A stretch of 64,000 nucleotides of DNA from Octopus vulgaris (Eukaryota), in the NCBI GenBank assembly GCA_951406725.2, contig OX597826.1, positions 29,946,001-30,010,000 of the forward strand, in the 5' to 3' direction. The notes under the pieces were generated by a model. It had not been told where the DNA came from. It made no database searches and saw nothing but the letters and a program-made list of their open reading frames with translations. Shown in pieces: positions 55,942-64,000 of the stretch. The position numbers were made by a program, and so were the translations under genes. The stretch's first letter is position 1. The number at the start of each line of letters is the position of its first letter.

Positions 55942-56022
55942 GATGACACACAACAGCGATAGACACACAACAGCGATGACACACAACAGCAATGACACAC
56001 AACAGCAATGACACACAACAAC
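55942..56022. repeat. Minisatellite of a ~16 bp unit, about 5 copies
   Basis: (atgacacacaacagc[a/g])n. Confidence 0.85.
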
Positions 56023-56245
56023 GATCAGATATTCACGAATCTGCCTGAAGCTATTTAGAAAGAGTCGACACATTAAATTGAACCGCAAAGCAGGGCAGCG
56101 AGCCCTAGTTGTTGCGAAAGCTTACAATGTCCATGCTAGCACCATCTATCGCCTGCAACAGCGATACAACAACACTAACAGCACTGCAGACCGTAAATCA
56201 TGTGTTTTATGAACGCTATGAATATTCATTGTCTAAAGAAAGAAG

Positions 56246-56545
56246 GCGCACCGCTCAGTGGTTAGAGCGTCGAGCTTACGATCGTGAGGTTGTGAGCTCG
56301 GATCCCGGACCGGGCTGCGCGTTGTGTTCTTGAGCAAGACACTTTACTTCCCGTAGCTCCAATTCACTCAGCTGTAGAAATGAGTTGCGACGTCACAGGT
56401 GCTAAGCTGTATCAGCCTTTGCCTTTCCCTTGGGGAGGCCGGTATGCATGGGCGACTGCTGGTCTTCTATAAACAACCTTGCCCGGACTTGTGCCTGGGA
56501 GGGTAACTTTCTAGGTGCAATCCCATGGTCTGTATCGTGACCGAA
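56246..56545 (+). mobile_element. SINE family 3 (tRNA-derived head)
   Basis: ggcgcaccgctcagtggttagagcgtcgagcttacgatcgtgaggttgtgag...ttcttgagcaagacacttt. Confidence 0.8.
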
Positions 56546-57034
56546 ATGGTTTTCTCAGAAAGAAAGAAGATATTCTCGGATGATGAAAAACAATTGCGAT
56601 CAGCATATCCAAGTTTGAATCTGCCACAACGTATTAAATATGAATAGGTACGTTATAGTTTCGAATCTCACTATTCTGCAAGCACCCCATGAATTAATTG
56701 TTTTTCCTTGACATATGAAAATTAAGTGGTGATGGAAAAAAAGTGTCTTTAGCGTGTCTGACTGTAGTTGTTATTGTTGCTGTTCCTGTTGTTAAGGCAA
56801 TGTCATACTACTATATGTATAGCTGGACTAAAATATATATATAAAAAACGTAAGATTTCGTATCAAATTTCCTCGTCACGGAGCTGCTTTTCCACGACTG
56901 ACCACCAGACAAGCAATGAGGAAAGTATAGTGCCGCTTGATGAGAGCTGACCGCCAGACAACAATAATAACAGCAACAAAGTATAGTGTGGCTTGATCGA
57001 GATGGAAGACAAGATAAATAACAACAATAATAAT

Positions 57035-57255
57035 TCTTTCTAATTTCGGCTCTAGGCCAGCAACTTTGAGGAGAGAGGCAAACCGATTACATCGACTTGA
57101 CTAGTATTTGCCTGGTACTATATTTTACCAACCAGAAAAGGATGAACGGTAAAGTTTACTTGGCTGATTTGAGCTCAGAATGTTCGTAAAAAGGCAGAAA
57201 TAAATGTCGCTAAGCATTTTGTTCGACGCGTTTCTGATTCTGCCGGCTTGCTGAG
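57035..57255 (-). mobile_element. SINE family 2, diverged
   Basis: aaaaggatgaacggtaaag...atttgagctcagaa...gctaagcattttg. Confidence 0.6.
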
Positions 57256-58154
57256 CCAATGTGTGGTAGGCTTGTACTCTATTTACCGTTGGTTCTTCCA
57301 AAATAGGCAACTAAACAAAGGCACCCTCCTCAAAGGTTTCCATGTATAAGTCTATTTTATAATTTTTGGTGCCTGGTTAAAACAATAACAACGACACTTC
57401 TTCAATGACAAGAACAACAACTCCAGCAACAGCAGCACCATCAACATCGTCATCATCATCATCATCATCATCATCACCAGCGTGTTGTAGTCGTAGTACT
57501 AGTTATTGTTGTACAGATGCTGGCCAACCCCACTCGAACGATGTCTATACTGAAAGGCATTCTTCTTTATCTAAGATGTTAGAGCGTAATTTGAAGGAGA
57601 TTTGCTGCTATTTCTGGCGAATCAAAGTGCTGCCTTTGTCTCAAGTCTGATTTTCAGGCTCACAAAATGATGATGATGATGATGATGATGTAAGGTAAGT
57701 TTTAATAAATCAATTCAAACAGTGATGCCTCTATCTCGAGTCTGTGTATCCCAGGCCAAGAAGAAGACGATTATATAAGCGAAATTTTAATAAATAAGCG
57801 ATTCCGTAATTTATTTCTGACATCGAAGCAAACAGAAAAATTCTTCTTACCCGATCCAGATCTCTATCGAGGACAGAAAATAGCTGTCTGATCGACAGTC
57901 TGACATTTTGATCTTTCCTTGTGCTCAAAGTTAGAAACGCCGAAATCAAAGATTAAGCAAATACAGAACGACAAGTAATAACGTTTTATTCTTTTGTGTA
58001 AGAGTTTTTCACTTCAGTTTAGTGTCGTATATTTTTCTATGATGACGGCGAAGCACTTATTTCATGCGAAGCGTAAACTTGTGGTTGTGAAAGATTTCTT
58101 TCGAAATACTTATATAAACGTATTTATTTCAGGGAACATAAAAATGTGTGTGTG

Positions 58155-58230
<76 letters not shown>

Positions 58231-58859
58231 CATGAAACCTGACCTTTCAAAGATAGGGATAGGAATTTTATTTATTTCATTTGCTAAATACAGATTTATT
58301 CTCAGACGAGAAACGAATGGATAAAAGCGATAGAAGATATTTTGGGAAGAAATTTTATATATTAGAAGTCTTCGGTTGCCTTTTTCTTTTCGTTTCTTTG
58401 TTTCCATTTTTTTTTTACATCTTTGGAGTTGAAATAATTTTCATATTTTTCATATCTCACTTCTGATGTTTTCATATTCCCATACAATACAAAATAATAA
58501 TTATCTTTGTAGCAAAATAATTAAGCTTCTTACAATGCAAAAACGAATAAGTTTATATAACCGTTAGATATTTCAGGCGTAAAGACCCATCCTCAGAAGT
58601 AAACGTTCAAGAAATGCGAATCTATATCAGACAATGGCAGTATTTTTCGAGAAGCGGGCCGCCATTCGAGGGATCGCACAACAAATATGGATTAAGGTAC
58701 TTTTCGTTAGTTGTGACATTCACAAAGTCCCGCGGGCCATAGTTTATCCATGACTGGTCTATACAGTACCGGCCGCTTTTGCATTAAGTAAAAGAATAAA
58801 ATCGAAATCAACGGAGGATGTTGAGCAGAACACAAGGAGAGCAAACTTACTGTCTTCAG

Positions 58860-59050
58860 CGGAAATGCTACAAATAAATATGTTAAAAATTCGTCTATCT
58901 TTACGTTCTGGGTTCAAATTTCGTTGAGATCGCTTTTGCCTTTCATCATTTCGGGGTCGATGAAATAAGCAGCAGTTGAGCACTGGGGTTGATGTAGTTG
59001 ACTAACACCCCACTCCAAAATTTCAGGTTTTCTGCCTATAATAGAAAGAA
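58860..59050 (+). mobile_element. SINE family 2, diverged
   Basis: ttacgttctgggttcaaatt...gcctttcatcatttcggggtcgat. Confidence 0.65.
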
Positions 59051-59170
59051 ATTTTCTTTTTCTTCTTCATCTTCTTCTTCTTCTTCTTCTTCTTCTTCTT
59101 CTTCTTCTTCTTCTTCTTCTTCTTCTTCTTCTTCTTCTTCTTCTTCTTCTTCTCATCATCATCATCATCA

Positions 59171-59243
<73 letters not shown>

Positions 59244-59258
59244 CATTATTATTATTAC

Positions 59259-59321
<63 letters not shown>

Positions 59322-59338
59322 CATTATTATCATTATTA

Positions 59339-59384
<46 letters not shown>

Positions 59385-59755
59385 TTGGTCGCAGTCTAAT
59401 GACTAAAACAAACAGAAGATAAATGAATAAAAGATAATCTCTACTCGCGCCACAAAATCATTGAAACAGACTTTTATTGATCACCTTCGATTGATTTTTC
59501 GTAGATGATTGTATTTACAATTGATCCAGTTCTTCTGCTCTTGTGTCAAAACCGTTGAATATTTCTTCGTCTCTGTTTTACGAGGAATAAGTCAACCGAA
59601 CTCACCATTTACTTTTAGAACAACGAGTTCAGAAAAAAAAAATTCAGAAATACTTCTGTAAAAGACTAAATAACAAAAAATATTCTGCTTTTGACAGTTA
59701 CGACAAAGTTATAAGAATCTTTTACAGGAGGGCTCGGTCTATTGGATATATATAC

Positions 59756-59820
<65 letters not shown>

Positions 59821-59926
59821 AATAGGCAGATACCTAAATAAAAAGATCGATAGATAAATAGATAGAAATATACATACATAGACAGGCAGACAAACAGGTA
59901 GATGAATATATATAGATAGATAGCTA

Positions 59927-59967
<41 letters not shown>

Positions 59968-60010
59968 CAGGCAGAGATAGATAGATAGATAAATAGACAG
60001 ACAGGCAGAC

Positions 60011-60072
<62 letters not shown>

Positions 60073-60074
<2 letters not shown>

Positions 60075-60465
60075 GTTTCTTTATTGGCCACACAGGGCTG
60101 CACACAGATGGGACAAGTTACAAGGTAGAGCTATTCTTTTGGGGGATGAAGAGAACAAAAAACAAAAGAAAAAAAAGGGGTGGCGTAGGTTTTCGATCAA
60201 GAGAGATCGTAAAAGGGAAGAAAAGAACAAAAAAAAATAAATAAATAACTAAAATAAAAAATAAAAAGAATAAAAAGAAAAAAAAGAAAAGGAAAAGGAA
60301 CAAAAGAAAAGAGAAATGAAAAAAAGGGGAAAAAAGGGGAAGAGGAAAAAAAGAACGATCAATAGGGATCGTGTATCACAGTGTTATGATATATGGTGTA
60401 AAGGGGAAAGCAAGTAAGGTTTATCCGTGGGAAGAAAAGCCTACGAAAAAGACCACGGTAACCTT
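60073..60465 (-). mobile_element. (ATCT)n-associated LINE 3' end
   Basis: Reverse complement of 17483-17860, inside a (GATA)n tract. Confidence 0.85.
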
Positions 60466-60543
60466 AGATAGATAGATAGATAGCTAGCTAGCTAGCTAGA
60501 TAGATAGATAGATAGACAGTTACACAGACAGACAGATAGTTAA

Positions 60544-60627
<84 letters not shown>

Positions 60628-60765
60628 GCAGAGATAGATAGACAGATACATTCATACATACTTATATACATAGACAGTTAGACAGACAGACAGACAGACA
60701 GACAGATAGATAGACAGACAGACAGACAGAGATAGATAGATAAATAGACAGACAGACAGACCGAC

Positions 60766-60819
<54 letters not shown>

Positions 60820-61177
60820 ATAGATAGGAGTATGGTTTACATTATAAGACATGATGATGGCGCAAATGACGAAGTACAAGCAGAAGTGTAGCAATTATTA
60901 TTGATGACGTCTGAGCTTAGTATAATGCCAGACGTCATATGTGAGGTTGTTTGACATTTATGCATCTTCCAAGGCTATTCACAACGCACATGAACTACAA
61001 CAACAACCGTTAATCTCTAGGACTCCATCTCTATGCTTTATTCTTCTTGATCCTACTGCTAATAAATACAGAACATTTTTTTTATTTAAAAAAGATAATG
61101 GACTGCTGGGTGTTCATGCTTTTCCAAATAACTCTAGCACCGACGATCTTATTATTATTGTTGCTGTTGTCCAACAT

Positions 61178-61785
61178 GGAGGTGCAATGGCCCAGTGGTG
61201 AGGGCAGTGGACTCGCGGTCGTAGGATCGTGATTTCAATTCCCGGACTTGGCGTTGTGAGTGTTTATTGAGCCTAAAGCTTCACGAGGTTTCCGGCAGTG
61301 GGTGGTGGTGAACCTTGCTGTACTCTTTCACCACAACTTTCTTTCACTCTTTCTTCCTACTTCTGCCACAAAGCAAAGGAACCATGGTGTAACCCTAGTC
61401 TTGATTGCGAATCCTCTGTACCCCAGGATGGTTCAGCTCTCCACCCGTTAAAATCTACCGTTTACGGAATGAGGATAACAACATAGCTTTCGCGTCCGTG
61501 CAACCACCAGTCTATCACATAAAGCTCCACGAAGCAGTGGGTGGTGGCGAACCCTGCTGTACTCTTTCACTACAACTTTCTCTCACTCTTTCTTCCTGTT
61601 TCTGTTGTACCTGTATTTCAGAGGGCAGCCTTGTCACACTATGTGTCACGCTGAATCTCTCCGAGAATTATGTTAAGGATACACGTGTCTGTGGAGTGCT
61701 CAGCCACTTAAACGTTAATTTCACGAGCAGGTTGTTCCGTTAATCAGATTAACTGGAACCCTCGTCGTCGTAACCGACAGAATAC
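61178..61785 (+). mobile_element. tRNA-headed SINE with an internal duplication
   Basis: Head ggaggtgcaatggcccagtggtgagggcagtggactcgcgg. The segment gcagtgggtggtgg...ctgtactctttcac...ctctttcttcct occurs near 61295 and 61534. Confidence 0.65.
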
Positions 61786-62443
61786 TACGTGTGTTGTCCA
61801 GCTCTAAACCCAGAAAATAGAACATATTTGTTAGCATACCTAGGGATATATGAACTAACGTATCTTTAATTTCTTTAAGACGATCGAAAGTACTATGAAG
61901 CAGATTAGGCTGCTGTTTACAATAGGTGGAACGACCACATTAAAACTTCTCCGTTGCCACATAAATTCCACTGAAAAACTTTGAACTTCGATTTTCTTTG
62001 ATTTGACAACACGCTTTTGTGTCTAAATTAGTGAAAGAAATGCATTTACATACATATTTCAAGTAGTCAACACTGTAATTAATGTACCAACCAATCAACC
62101 GGTAAATAACTTCAGATTTACAGTTCGTACCTACCACGAGATATAGCTAACCTATATGGATTACTATATTCTTCATCAGAAATTCTGTTACCCAGATTTA
62201 TCTTCACATAGAGTGCTGAGGTATTCACTTGACTTCTTGAAAGAGGAGGTCTGATGTTGAAAGAGTCCCCAGAAACATCACTGACGACGCATTCCAGAGC
62301 AGATGTAACTTAAACACACACAAAAACGTTGGACCATACACATATATACACGCGTATGTGTGGTGTATGTTTGTAATTAAACTCTTTCTCTTTCTCTCTC
62401 CCTCTCTCTCTCTGTACACACGCACACACATACACACACACAC

Positions 62444-62529
<86 letters not shown>

Positions 62530-62553
62530 ATCGTGTTGCTGGATAAAAATGAT

Positions 62554-62922
<369 letters not shown>

Positions 62923-63700
62923 ATGTATATATATATACATTTAGCAGAAGCAACAGAGTGACTCAAAAGCCAAGAGTTTCGTGCGTTAGTACTTATCATG
63001 TATAAATATATCTGTGTATGTGTATATACATGCAAAGATACATACATACACATATATACACACATGCATAAATATACTATTTAGTCACAATCCTCTCTTA
63101 TTCTTACCTTCCGGTACCTATGTGTCATGGAAGTACGACCTAACACCTCATCACTACCGTCTTCATCCTTGTCCCCAGCTATTCCCTTCTCTTATACGGG
63201 GTAGCCATGTTATTTCCTCTACAGCTAAAACTTCTTTCAATCTTCCTCTATCATACTTAACCTCTCAACACTCAGCATAAATCTGCGCCCCGTTTATTAA
63301 TCCCCTCTTAGCCGAGGCGGCATTTGTTTTTCGCGTTTCTTTTGTCTTGCCTCTTACTTGGTGACCTCACAAGTGTCGGTGCCATGAACAAAAAGTGCAC
63401 CCAGTAAACTCCGTAAAATGTTTGGTGCTAAGAAGGCTATCCAGCTGCAGGAATCGTGACAAAGAATACATTAGAGATGGACGGCAACCCTCGGACTCTC
63501 TTGAACAGTCTTCCATGCCACTTTGGAAGACGGATGCTAAACAACGATGTTGATCGTACTGATGACATACATGCGTTTGAATGTACGCGTGCATGTATGA
63601 AGATAATATTCTGGAAACGTTAATGAAAAGGATGTAATAAATTCTCTATTTCCTATAAAAACAGAAGGGTCATTGCACTTAGAAAACATAAAAATACTGC

Positions 63701-63732
<32 letters not shown>

Positions 63733-63911
63733 TAAGATGAGAAGGAATATAAACGCTTCAATCACATGCGGAAAGATATAATCTGAAAATAGCCGAAGAA
63801 AGTAGTGTATTATAGATCGAGTTGGCATGCAAGTGAGGTTCAGACAGTCGTTACATATAATCGATATGAATATTCAATAGTGAAATATATAGCCGTGAGA
63901 GAGTTCATCCG

Positions 63912-63987
<76 letters not shown>

Positions 63988-64000
63988 CATATATATATAT

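Overview
Eukaryotic, gene-poor and extremely microsatellite-rich DNA. The SINE families and the (TA)n/(TAA)n/(ATCT)n density look like an octopod cephalopod genome; this is inferred from recognition, not from a search. I found no host protein-coding exon I can support, and almost all listed ORFs are microsatellite artefacts. The window is a nest of transposons: tRNA-headed SINEs, a long Dong/R4-type RT+RLE LINE in (TAA)n plus fragments, Tx1-like 3' ends in (ATCT)n, Penelope-like (GIY-YIG) remnants, Tc1/mariner elements, a Chapaev3-like element, a Tigger-like MITE and a non-autonomous Helitron. The main unexplained signal is a set of several unrelated short elements sitting in (TA)n tracts. They carry type I hammerhead ribozyme folds, found by manual pairing at 18212, 18900 and its mirror, 46435, 45246 and its mirror, 46898/43113 and 9736. 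One of them has the C3-G8 core pair swapped to G3-C8. These elements repeatedly occur as asymmetric fold-back palindromes with arms up to about 247 bp. I interpret them as a (TA)n-targeting, ribozyme-bearing, snap-back retroelement system that is Penelope-like or retrozyme-like. Activity and novelty are untested.
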